In this document: positions 8,791 through 17,511 of the stretch, in pieces | How the letters are laid out: every line of letters begins with the position of its first letter | How positions within the stretch are numbered: position 1 is the stretch's first letter | DNA from: Sinorhizobium meliloti | GTDB lineage: Bacteria; Pseudomonadota; Alphaproteobacteria; Rhizobiales; Rhizobiaceae | Direction: 5' to 3' | DNA: 32,000 bases | Assembly (NCBI RefSeq): GCF_017876815.1 | Contig: NZ_JAGIOS010000003.1 | Coordinates: 1 to 32,000 of the forward strand | The notes under the pieces: model-generated | Database searches by the model: none | What the model was told of the DNA's origin: nothing | What the model saw: the letters and a program-made list of their open reading frames with translations, nothing else | Program-made: the position numbers and the translations under genes

Positions 8791-10467
8791 TCAAAACGGC
8801 GGCCCGCTCTCCGATGACAACGCACGGCGCCATCGTGTTGCCATGATCCGGGGCATGATCGAAGAATCCGCGATACGGAGGCCGTCGATACCGTATACCT
8901 TGAGCTCATTGTCGACCACCGACATGTTGTCGCGTCCCATCTTGGCTGTGCAGGACTGATGCCAATAGGTGACTGCTGAGCGCCGGATAAAGTCGATCAT
9001 TCCTGATCTGTCGCGCTGCCCCGGAGCGGTTTCGCCCGTCACCAAAGGTCTAAAGCCATCGCTGTTTCCAAGTTCGCGGCATAATTCCACTGCGGCCAAC
9101 GCGGCTGCCATGTCTTCCGGCTCACTGAGTGAGTTTGGCTCAATCAGGACGGGGTCGTTTATATCGGGGCCAGAGAGCCTCAATCGGCCGCGGCTTTTCG
9201 GCTGTGCGAGACCATTGAACATGGTCCAGCCGTGCTCCGGTGTTTCGAGACCGGCCTCAAGCGGCGACGGGACGGCGAACTCCAACTGGCACTGGAGGAC
9301 GTCAGGCTGGGACAGACGTGCGTCACTCTTCCAGTAGAGGTTTGCCTCGCAGCCGCTACCCCCCACTGCTTCCGGTTTTCGGTAGGCCCAGGTGCAGCCG
9401 AAGGCGAGATGATCCTGATGATTGCGACCAACACCCGGCAGGTGTTGCACGACTGGGATGCCATGCGATTGCAGTTCGTTTTCCGGGCCGATTCCGGACT
9501 GCATAAGGACCTTCGGCGTATTGATCGCGCCAAGTGACAGCACCGTTTCGCAATGCGCCATGAACTGGCGTCGCCGACCATCGATCAGAGCTTCCACACC
9601 TCTTACCCGCTTACCATCGAAGATGAGACGCGTAACCAACGCCTCGGTGATCACCATCAAATTTGGACGCGACAGCAGCGGATCAACATAGGATTCAAAC
9701 ACCGTTTCCCGCTTGCCCTTCCGGATACGCAGTTCAGCAATCGATGCACCGCCAGATGCCTCCATCATTTCGCCGTTCGTGGTATTATAGAGAGGTATCC
9801 CTATGGCAGATGCCGCGTTCAACAGGGCCTCCGCCACTGCCTGCGGAGAAGTAGGCTGCGCCACATATGCAGGCCCACCTACCCCGCGACGAGTAGGGTC
9901 CGGAGCGCCTTGCCAGTTTTCGATCCGGCGATAGTAGCCAAGGATCGACTGATAGCCCCAGGCGTCATCCCCGGCCTCTGCGGCAAAGTGATTCCAATCT
10001 TCCTTATGTCCCCTGGCCCATACCATGACGTTGATGCTCGAACCGCCGCCAAGCCCTTTGCCCATGCTGAGAGGAAGTCGTCGGCCATCCAGACCAGGTG
10101 TCGGTTGTCCAACGAAGCCCCAGTCCCGGCTGGAGCCAAGATTCAACGGCCATTGCGCAGGGTTCGATACTGTCTCGGATTTATGATCTCCACCTGCTTC
10201 GAGCAGGAGAACGCTCGCGTTTCCATTCTCTGCCAGGCGCGCTGCAACAACCGAGCCGCTGGACCCAGCGCCGCAGACGATGAAGTCGAAGACATCGCCG
10301 ACCGTGTTGTGCGCGAAAGACGTATTTGCAGGTACATTTTCATCATGGGTATACAGTTTCACGTGAGTTCCTCCGTAAATTAATTCTGGTAAAGTTGCTG
10401 AAGTGGTGGTCGCGAAAGACGAGGAAATGCTCATGGATCTTGGAAGGATCCGACGCCCTACCGGCAT
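8791..10467 (-). CDS. GMC family (choline-dehydrogenase-like) FAD oxidoreductase; the last ~30 codons appear frameshifted
   Basis: It has DFIVCGAGSSGSVVAARLAE (the GxGxxG FAD fold), GKGLGGGSSINVMVW, and HQSCTAKMG near the C-terminus. After ..ADSSIMPRI the family-typical GNTMAPCVVIGERAA.. is readable only in another frame, which ends at 8735. The start is 10467 or ATG 10434. Confidence 0.85.
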   Translation of the reverse strand: MPVGRRILPRSMSISSSFATTTSATLPELIYGGTHVKLYTHDENVPANTSFAHNTVGDVFDFIVCGAGSSGSVVAARLAENGNASVLLLEAGGDHKSETVSNPAQWPLNLGSSRDWGFVGQPTPGLDGRRLPLSMGKGLGGGSSINVMVWARGHKEDWNHFAAEAGDDAWGYQSILGYYRRIENWQGAPDPTRRGVGGPAYVAQPTSPQAVAEALLNAASAIGIPLYNTTNGEMMEASGGASIAELRIRKGKRETVFESYVDPLLSRPNLMVITEALVTRLIFDGKRVRGVEALIDGRRRQFMAHCETVLSLGAINTPKVLMQSGIGPENELQSHGIPVVQHLPGVGRNHQDHLAFGCTWAYRKPEAVGGSGCEANLYWKSDARLSQPDVLQCQLEFAVPSPLEAGLETPEHGWTMFNGLAQPKSRGRLRLSGPDINDPVLIEPNSLSEPEDMAAALAAVELCRELGNSDGFRPLVTGETAPGQRDRSGMIDFIRRSAVTYWHQSCTAKMGRDNMSVVDNELKVYGIDGLRIADSSIMPRIMATRWRRALSSESGPPF

Positions 10468-10550
10468 CTCGCTCGGGCCTGCGGTCTGTTTAACAGATTT
10501 GTTTCAGCGTCATCGGGAGGGTCTCGACCTTCCCGATGACGCGAAGTCGA

Positions 10551-11342
10551 TCATTGCTTTTTCGCCGACACGGTCTTGGCGGCCTGATCAATGGTATCGG
10601 CGATGGCCGCAGGCTGCGTCATGAACAAGGCGTGGCTTGCCGACACCTTGGTGATCTTCGCCTTGATGCGCTCAGCCATGTGGATCAGCATGGCCTGATC
10701 AAAAGCTTTGTCCTCGGTGGCAATAACAGCCCAGCTAGGCTTGGTGCGCCATGCCGCATTCTCGAGCTTCGTGGCGAACGCCGACATGTTGATTGGCACC
10801 TGCGCGTCCCTCATGAACGCAACATCGGCATCGCTGACGTCATGAGCGAACCCAGCCTTGAACTTTGCCGGGCTGACATATCCAAAACCATCCTTTGTGG
10901 TCTCGATGACGAACTCCGCTGCCGGAGCAAATCCTTCGTATTGCTGAGCCGTCGTTTCGCCGGCATCGGGTGAGAGAGCGGAGACATAGACGAGACCGGC
11001 AACCTTCGGATCGATGCCAGTCTCCGTGATGACAGTACCGCCCCAGGAATGTCCGACGAGAATGACCGGACCATCCTGCCGCTCGAGCGCACGTCTGGTG
11101 GCGGCAACGTCGTCTTCGAGCGAGGTCAGAGGGTTCTGGACGATTGTGACGCGATAGCCGCGCTTCGTAAGATTGTCGTAAACGCCCTTCCAGCCAGAGC
11201 CATCAGCAAATGCGCCATGGACGAGCACAACGTTTTTGACGGCCTGGCTTTCAGGGATGGTGTCGGCGGCGTTTGCGGGCATTGCGGCGGATATGGCGGC
11301 GGCTGCGATTGCGGCAACGGTGGTAGTGGCCGTGCGTGTCAT
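10551..11342 (-). CDS. Secreted alpha/beta hydrolase (Ser nucleophile)
   Basis: A signal-peptide-like N-terminus, MTRTATTTVAAIAAAAISAAMPANA/AD, is followed by VVLVHGAFADGSGW and the nucleophile elbow GHSWGG. Confidence 0.9.
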   Translation of the reverse strand: MTRTATTTVAAIAAAAISAAMPANAADTIPESQAVKNVVLVHGAFADGSGWKGVYDNLTKRGYRVTIVQNPLTSLEDDVAATRRALERQDGPVILVGHSWGGTVITETGIDPKVAGLVYVSALSPDAGETTAQQYEGFAPAAEFVIETTKDGFGYVSPAKFKAGFAHDVSDADVAFMRDAQVPINMSAFATKLENAAWRTKPSWAVIATEDKAFDQAMLIHMAERIKAKITKVSASHALFMTQPAAIADTIDQAAKTVSAKKQ

Positions 11343-11374
11343 GGCTTTTTCCTTTCGTTGATAGCGATAACTGT

Positions 11375-11438
11375 TATCGCGATATATTTAAGTTGTCAGA
11401 TATTGAACTGCTCGTCAACATATTTCTTATCGCGATAT
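11375..11438. promoter_or_regulatory. Two copies of the perfect palindrome TATCGCGATA in the divergent hydrolase/MarR intergenic region
   Basis: TATCGCGATA occurs at 11375-11384 and 11429-11438, 54 bp apart, in an AT-rich 144-bp spacer. The first copy is nested in GCGATAA-ctg-TTATCGC. This is a likely MarR-family operator pair. Confidence 0.4.
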
Positions 11439-11486
11439 TGGTTTTCGCGGTAACCTTGATTATATTGGTGCGCAAAGGAGCCCAGA

Positions 11487-11954
11487 ATGACCAAACCCCA
11501 TAATGATCCACCGCCATTGCACGATCAGTTGTGCTACGCGATTTACACTGCTGGCATCGCCATTCAGCGCGCCTACAAGCCCCTCCTCGACGAATTGGGC
11601 CTGACTTACCCGCAGTATCTCGTGCTCAACGTTTTGTGGAGCGAAGATGAGCAAACGGTCGGCGCCATTGCCAACACCCTTGCACTGGAATCCAGCACTC
11701 TTACACCACTCTTGAAGCGCCTTGAGACATCCGGCTTGTTGCGCAGGACCCGAAACCTCAGCAACGAGCGGCAAGTGGTGATCGCGTTGACCGAAAAAGG
11801 TCGGGCATTGCAGCACAGGGCAGGCTGCCTCAGCGACACGTTGCTTGCAGCTTCGACCCAGACGCCCCCGGAGTTGGCCGCTTTGAACCGCGACGTGCGC
11901 TATCTCCGCAACGCGATCTACTCGCAGATTGGCGGGTGGGACACACCCGCCTGA
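11487..11954 (+). CDS. MarR family regulator, OhrR-like (2-Cys type)
   Basis: LHDQLCYAIY carries the reactive-Cys signature of OhrR (Cys16). There is a second Cys at 114 (RAGCLS). The winged HTH is GLTYPQYLVLNVLWSEDEQTVGAIANTLALESSTLTPLLKRLE. Confidence 0.85.
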   Translation: MTKPHNDPPPLHDQLCYAIYTAGIAIQRAYKPLLDELGLTYPQYLVLNVLWSEDEQTVGAIANTLALESSTLTPLLKRLETSGLLRRTRNLSNERQVVIALTEKGRALQHRAGCLSDTLLAASTQTPPELAALNRDVRYLRNAIYSQIGGWDTPA

Positions 11955-11968
11955 TCTGCAGGGGGCGC

Positions 11969-12751
11969 CTACGCCGTGGGCACCGTACCTCCGTCGATCG
12001 TGTATTCGGTACCCGTGATCGAAGATGCGCGGTCGGGGGCGAGGAATGCGATCAGATCTGCGACCTCTTCAGGATTCGCCGGCCGACCAAGCGGAATGCC
12101 ACCCAGTGCATCCATGATGATCTTCTTGCCGCCTTCCAGATCAGTACCGGCTTGCTTAGCCAAGCGCTCGGCCAAACGGACTGAGGCCTCCGTTGCGATC
12201 CACCCAGGCGACACCCGCACGACCCGGATACCTTTGGACGAAATTTCCTTCGCTATCGACTTGCCGTAAGTCGAAAGCGCTGCTTTTGCCGCTGCATACG
12301 CGGTCGTCGATTCCGGAAGCGGCATGACCCCCTGGATGGATGTCACGTGCACGACCACCCCGCATCCTCGGGCAACCATGTCCGGGACAAGGAGCCGATC
12401 AAGTCGAACAGCCGGAAACAGATTGAGTGACAGCTCCTTGTCCCATTCTCTTCGGATAGCGCCGCAAAGCCACCCCCGGCTGCTGAAGAGCCTCCAAGCA
12501 TATGGACAATGATATCGACGTCACCCAGGCGCTGACGCGCGGCGTCAGCAACAATTGCACATCCTTCTTCGGGTGGTCAGGTCAGCTTCTACGAACAACT
12601 CTTCCGGGAGGCTTTCCGGACGCGCCCGCGCCGTCGTCAGCACCTGTGCACCGAGTTCGCGAAACAGGTTGACCGTCGCAGCGCCGGCGCCTTTCGTTGC
12701 AGCGGTGATGAGCGCGCGTTTACCTCTAAGATTGAGAAAATCGATCATCAC
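11969..12751 (-). pseudogene. Short-chain dehydrogenase/reductase (SDR), at least two frameshifts
   Basis: The N-terminus [20 protein letters not shown] (ORF 12545..12751) and the C-terminus ..[38 protein letters not shown] (ORF 11969..12379) are in different frames. The connecting piece [43 protein letters not shown] is in a third. The frame breaks lie near 12571-12576 and 12442-12447. Confidence 0.75.
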
Positions 12752-13068
12752 TTGATCTCCAGTCTGGCGATTTTGTCGTTTTTGGTGGTGAAGGCGAAGG
12801 TGAGCGTCACCGGACTGCCGGGGAACTGACCGCTTACATTCGCGCGGACGAGCGCTTTGTCGCCGTCGCGTGTGGCTTCGACAGGGTCAGCGACGTAGTT
12901 GGTCGCTGTTTTCACAGCCGCCCACCATTGGCGAATTGCGGCAATGCCTCGGTGGCGAGCGCCTTCGTCTTCGACAACTGCGTCATCCAAAAAGGTCTCT
13001 GAAAACGCTTCCACATCATTGCGGCGGTCGGCGTCAAAGTACGCGGTAACTGTTGGGGGCATATCCAT
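12748..13068 (-). CDS. SnoaL/NTF2-like small protein
   Basis: [44 protein letters not shown].. is typical of the NTF2 fold. GGAGA lies 7 nt before ATG 13068. Its stop overlaps the SDR start (ATGA at 12748-12751). Confidence 0.8.
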   Translation of the reverse strand: MDMPPTVTAYFDADRRNDVEAFSETFLDDAVVEDEGARHRGIAAIRQWWAAVKTATNYVADPVEATRDGDKALVRANVSGQFPGSPVTLTFAFTTKNDKIARLEIK

Positions 13069-13164
13069 TGTGTTTCTCCACATGATCTGACCAGAAACTT
13101 ACCCCTCGACCATTGCACAGATAAGTGGGATAAACCGGCGTGCGATAGTGAACAAATCGGGACA

Positions 13165-14068
13165 ATGGAACAACCCAATCTCAAAGAGCTGGAAGCGATC
13201 ATCGCGATTGCACGGCGCGGCACATCCCGCGCAGCGGCCATCGATCTCGGCATGTCCACGACAGCGCTAAGCCACACAGTAGGCAGACTTGAAGCGGGAC
13301 TCGGCGTCCGATTGTTCAACCGAACCACGCGCAGCGTCTCGCTGACGGATGCCGGCAGGCTCTTTATGCAACAGGTCGCGCCTTCCCTTCAGGATCTCCG
13401 TACCGCTCTGGAGACCGTGCGCTCGCAACGCGAAACACCTTCCGGAACGATACGTATCAACGCAGCACCCTTTGCCGCGCGCGCCATCATCTCACCGCTC
13501 GTACTTGAGTTCCTGCGCCCTTATCCAGACATGCACGTCGATATCGTCACCGAGGGAAAATTGGTGGATGTCGTCGGCGACGGATTCGATCTAGGCGTCA
13601 GGGTTGCGGGCCTTGTACCCACCGACATGATTGCCGTTTCGCTCGGCCGGCCACAGCGACATGCGGTGGTCGGCTCTCCCGAGTAGTTCGAGAAGTATGG
13701 GAAGCCACTGGCCCCCCGACCTTTTCAATCACAAATGCATCCGCGTTCGTCTTCCCGATGGATCACTGTTTCGGTGGCGCTTCGAAAAGGACGGGGAACA
13801 GGTGCAAATTGATGTGCGCGGCCCGATAACGTTGGATGAAGCGAGCCTTACGAGAACCGCCGTTCTCGATAGTGCCGGCGTAGGATACATTTTCGAACAA
13901 GACATTCTCCCGGACATCGACGCGGGGCGCGTTATCCGTATTCTGGAAGACTGGACACCGCCCTATCCGGGGCTTTGCCTCCACTATCCTGGGCGGCGCA
14001 ATCTATCGGCTGGGGTCAGGGCTTTCTTGGAACTAGCTCGTGAACTCTCGCGACGGGCGACCGGGTGA
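13165..14068 (+). pseudogene. LysR family regulator, interrupted by an in-frame TAG and a frameshift
   Basis: The HTH half runs 13165-13683 and ends ..HAVVGSPE then TAG (13684-13686). The effector-domain half ([59 protein letters not shown]) continues in another frame after the C6 run at 13712-13717. Confidence 0.8.
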
Positions 14069-14600
14069 CCCGTCGATGGAGCGCCACACTGCGCCAACTG
14101 CGTCGCTTTGAAGGTATTAGTACTCCCGACCCAGCGACTAACGCACAAGGATTGGTAACTATGATAGCGCCTTACGCAGGTTCTCGGCATTCAATGGCAG
14201 GTGTTCGGCGACAGTCATTTCGATGACATCTGACACCTCAGCGACTTTCGCGAGAAGACTGACGACGGTATCAAGTGTGAGCCTGCCCGTCGACGATACT
14301 CTCAGCTGCTCAGATAGGCCTTCGGGGTTGCTGTCGTCGCACGGCGCACGCGCCTCCTATTGCGCGTTCCGGACGATCATTACGAAAGCAGACTGACTGC
14401 TTCCCAGAACCCAAGGGGGTGGTGTGAACGACCGGAGTGAGGGCGCAAAGCGGCCTATCCGAATTGCCGCTGGCGAAGGCCAACAACGGGTCCGGACTCC
14501 CGATTCAGGCTTTGGCGGAAAGGCAGAGAAGGTAAAGGGGCTGTTCTTCACGAGCCCTGTGCAGTCTTGTTGCGAGGATATTCATGTTCGGGGCTAAAAC

Positions 14601-14630
14601 GATCGCATAATGTATCGTCGGGAACGACAG
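14601..14630 (+). repeat. Copy A of an imperfect ~30-nt direct repeat (partner at 26205-26234)
   Basis: GATCGCATAATGTATCGTCGGGAACGACAG aligns with GATCGCATAGTGTATCACCGGGAAC-ACGG. That is 25 identities over 30 aligned positions with one gap. Looser similarity continues for ~30 nt more. Confidence 0.3.
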
Positions 14631-14846
14631 GGATTGCCGCTAACAGCGCCTCCGATTGGAACTGCGCGGCGGCCAGTAGGCGATCGATTTCACTGGGCGG
14701 CGACACTGTTGGGGAATGCGTGCCGCCGAGAACCTTTCGACGACGCCGCACCAATTGCCCCCGATTGTCGCATATTCTACCTTCCCTTGCAGGATACGCA
14801 CCTGGTGAGAAGCTCCAGTCGGCGCCGATTCCTCGGGGAGGCAAGG

Positions 14847-16526
14847 ATGCGGAAGAAGGGCAGTCGCAACGGTGTCACGGCACTCGCGGTGGCCGGCACG
14901 AATGTCGTTGTTCTCGGTTGGGACATGAGCGAGGAGGATATCCGCACGCGCGGTATCTTAGGTTTTGCCATCCAACGCACCCGACATGAGGATGGCGAGA
15001 AAATATGGCTGTCAGGTCTGAAAACGTTCGAGAGCGTCGACCCGCATCCGGATCCGGGAGTTCCGGTGTCGTCGTTCTGGCATCCTTTGCAGACGTTTCA
15101 GTGGTCCGACTACACACCGTCACCCGGGAAAAAATACACGTATAGAATCGTAGCAATGGGGGGTCAGCCGGGTGCCCTGGTCGAGGCCGCGGACGTTTCC
15201 CTCGAGGTGACGACAGAACGTATTGACCAAGGCAAGCACGCGATCTTTTTTAACCGCGGAGCAATCGCGTCGCAGGAATATGCCCGGCGCTTCCAAAACC
15301 TCGCGCCCAATCAAGTGGGCCAGGCAGCCTACGATTGGCTATCGCGTGGTTTGGTTGAGGGGCTCGAGGCGTTCCTGAGTCAGGCAGGCCAAGGAGATGA
15401 GCTCTATGGCGCCATCTTTGAATTCGAGAACAAGCGAATTCATGTCGCGATTAGGGCAGCCCATGATCGTGGCGCCAAGATCAAAATCCTTTACGACGGC
15501 GACAGCCAGCGCGAGGGCAACGAAGATGCGCTGAAGGGCTCAGGGATCGCGGGTCTTACCAAAGCTCGCACCCGATCCGGGCAGTTCGCGCACAATAAGT
15601 TCTTCGTGCTCCGGCGAGCCGGAAAATTCTCCGAAGTGTGGACCGGCTCGACCAACCTCAGCGACAATGGAATTTTTGGTCATTCGAACAATGCACATAT
15701 CATTCGAGACCAGAAGATCGCAGAAGCCTATTTCGCGTATTGGGAAGTCCTAAATAAGGACAAGACGGTTCGGCCGACCGCAACGGCCTCCACAGCGATT
15801 TCGCCAACCCCACCGCAGCAGATAAACACGTCAGGCGACACCGTCGCCGTCTTCTCCCCACGGACCGACCTTGCCGCTCTCGACTGGTATGCGCAGCTTG
15901 CCGGAAATGCGGAGCGGGCTCTTTTCACCACCTTCGCATTCGGCATGAACAGCCGGTTCGTAACCGTCTATGACCAGACGGACGACGTATTACGCTTCGC
16001 CCTCATGGAGAAAAAAGGCAATGGCAGGAACTATAAGGTCCAAGCGGCCGAGGTGGATCGGATCCGGAAGCGACCGAACACCACAGTTGCGGTTGGCAAC
16101 TACATCACAACCAACGCATTCGATCGCTGGTTAAAGGAAATCGATCGGGTCCAGGACGATGTACACGTTCGGTTCGTTCATACGAAATACATGCTGATCG
16201 ACCCCCTTGGGTCTAAGCCGATCGTCATTGTCGGATCTGCGAACTTCTCCAAGGCATCGACCGACACGAATGATGAGAATATGCTGGTCATTGAAGACAA
16301 CGATGCCGTCTCCGACATTTACCTCGGTGAGTTCATGCGACTGTTTTCACACTATGCGTTCCGAGAGTCGCTTACCTTCAAGAAATCGAACAAGCCGGCC
16401 GACATTCTGCGGCGAAAGCATCTGAAAGAAGACCACTCCTGGATTGACGGAGATGGCGGCAATTCAGGTTACTTCGTTCAGGGCTTTGACCGCGCTCTTC
16501 GACGCCTTTATTTTTCAGGCCAGTGA
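14847..16526 (+). CDS. Phospholipase D superfamily protein, two HKD motifs, with a ~130-aa N-terminal beta-rich domain of unknown function
   Basis: The 559-aa ORF has a strong SD (GGGGAGG at 14834-14840) before ATG 14847. HKD-1 is FAHNKFFVL..WTGSTNLSDNG. HKD-2 is FVHTKYMLID..VGSANFSKASTDTNDEN. The N-terminal domain reads ..VVVLGWDM..GFAIQRT..HPLQTFQWSDYTPSPGKKYTYRIVAMG. There is no signal peptide and no TM segment. Confidence 0.88.
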   Translation: MRKKGSRNGVTALAVAGTNVVVLGWDMSEEDIRTRGILGFAIQRTRHEDGEKIWLSGLKTFESVDPHPDPGVPVSSFWHPLQTFQWSDYTPSPGKKYTYRIVAMGGQPGALVEAADVSLEVTTERIDQGKHAIFFNRGAIASQEYARRFQNLAPNQVGQAAYDWLSRGLVEGLEAFLSQAGQGDELYGAIFEFENKRIHVAIRAAHDRGAKIKILYDGDSQREGNEDALKGSGIAGLTKARTRSGQFAHNKFFVLRRAGKFSEVWTGSTNLSDNGIFGHSNNAHIIRDQKIAEAYFAYWEVLNKDKTVRPTATASTAISPTPPQQINTSGDTVAVFSPRTDLAALDWYAQLAGNAERALFTTFAFGMNSRFVTVYDQTDDVLRFALMEKKGNGRNYKVQAAEVDRIRKRPNTTVAVGNYITTNAFDRWLKEIDRVQDDVHVRFVHTKYMLIDPLGSKPIVIVGSANFSKASTDTNDENMLVIEDNDAVSDIYLGEFMRLFSHYAFRESLTFKKSNKPADILRRKHLKEDHSWIDGDGGNSGYFVQGFDRALRRLYFSGQ

Positions 16527-17035
16527 AGCGGGAAAAAGGAATCCGGGAGGCTGCGTACCGATAGGGGTCCTCGTCGCAAGCACCCGACGTAATCTCATTT
16601 GCAGCATGGCCGTTTCGGGGGGAGCAGTGGATGCTCGTTGGAGTGTTGCGCGTTCGCCGACCACAGAAAACGGCTGATCACTACCGCACTCTTCTGGCGC
16701 CGATGAGCATGTGCTGAAGACATAGGGGTTAGCCGGTTTGAGATTGATTTAGCAGCCGGTCTACTGACCAGCAGTGGCCGCAATCAGACCCGGCCTTCTC
16801 GACTAGAAAGATCGAAAGATCCCATAATGCATCGAGTGGAATGCCGGGAACGCGCCCGAACGGTGCTGAAGTTCTCAGCGCGGACGGTGAAGGAGGAACA
16901 CGCCGATGAGCAGGCCGAGCCCATAGTGCCGCCCATCTCCCGGCTGCAAAAGGCGGTGCGACAGACTGTCCTCGCCTGCGCTGTTCTCCAAGGGAGCCGT
17001 GCCGGCTCTTCCAGTTCGAGTTCCGTCTGCCCGGT

Positions 17036-17485
17036 TCACGCTCCGGTCTGCTCGTTCCAGCGGCGCTGCATCTCTTCCAGCGCCACATCCTCGATCTTCT
17101 GCGAAAGCATCCACCGATGGCCGAAAGGATCGACGACCATGGCGACGCGCTCCCCATAGCCTTGATCTGCAGCGGCACGCAATGCGACGGCCCCCGCGTC
17201 GACGGCCCGGGCAAGATCGGCATCGACCGCCAGAGTTGCGAGGTGGAAGGTTACGGGAGAGCCACCGATCGTGTCTGGGCTCAGTGCACCGAAGTCGGGA
17301 TACTCGTCGGCAATCATGACGGTGCTTTCGCCGATCTTGAGTTCCGCGTGGCCGATCCGACCGTCGCGCGGGTCGGTCATCCGGAAGAGCTCCTCGGCGC
17401 CAAAGGCGCGACCGTAGAAATCAATCGCTACGCGAGCATTCTTGACGATGAAGTAGGGGGTCAGGGACGAAATCGAGGTGGACAT
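17036..17485 (-). CDS. VOC (glyoxalase/bleomycin-resistance/PhnB-like) family protein
   Basis: The 149-aa ORF reads LTPYFIVKNARVAIDFYGRAFGAEE..GRIGHAELKIGESTVMIADE..GERVAMVVDPFGHRWML, a typical PhnB-like VOC fold. Confidence 0.9.
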   Translation of the reverse strand: MSTSISSLTPYFIVKNARVAIDFYGRAFGAEELFRMTDPRDGRIGHAELKIGESTVMIADEYPDFGALSPDTIGGSPVTFHLATLAVDADLARAVDAGAVALRAAADQGYGERVAMVVDPFGHRWMLSQKIEDVALEEMQRRWNEQTGA

Positions 17486-17511
17486 GGACGGCCTCTTGTC
17501 GCTGGCGTATA

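Noticed and set aside
14357-14844. Minus-strand ORFs 14357..14551 and 14548..14844, and the 79-codon upstream extension of the PLD frame (14610-14846).
   Set aside because: Their composition is Arg/Pro/Ser-rich, with no SD and no motif. The PLD gene has a strong SD directly before ATG 14847. They are treated as non-coding or relic sequence.
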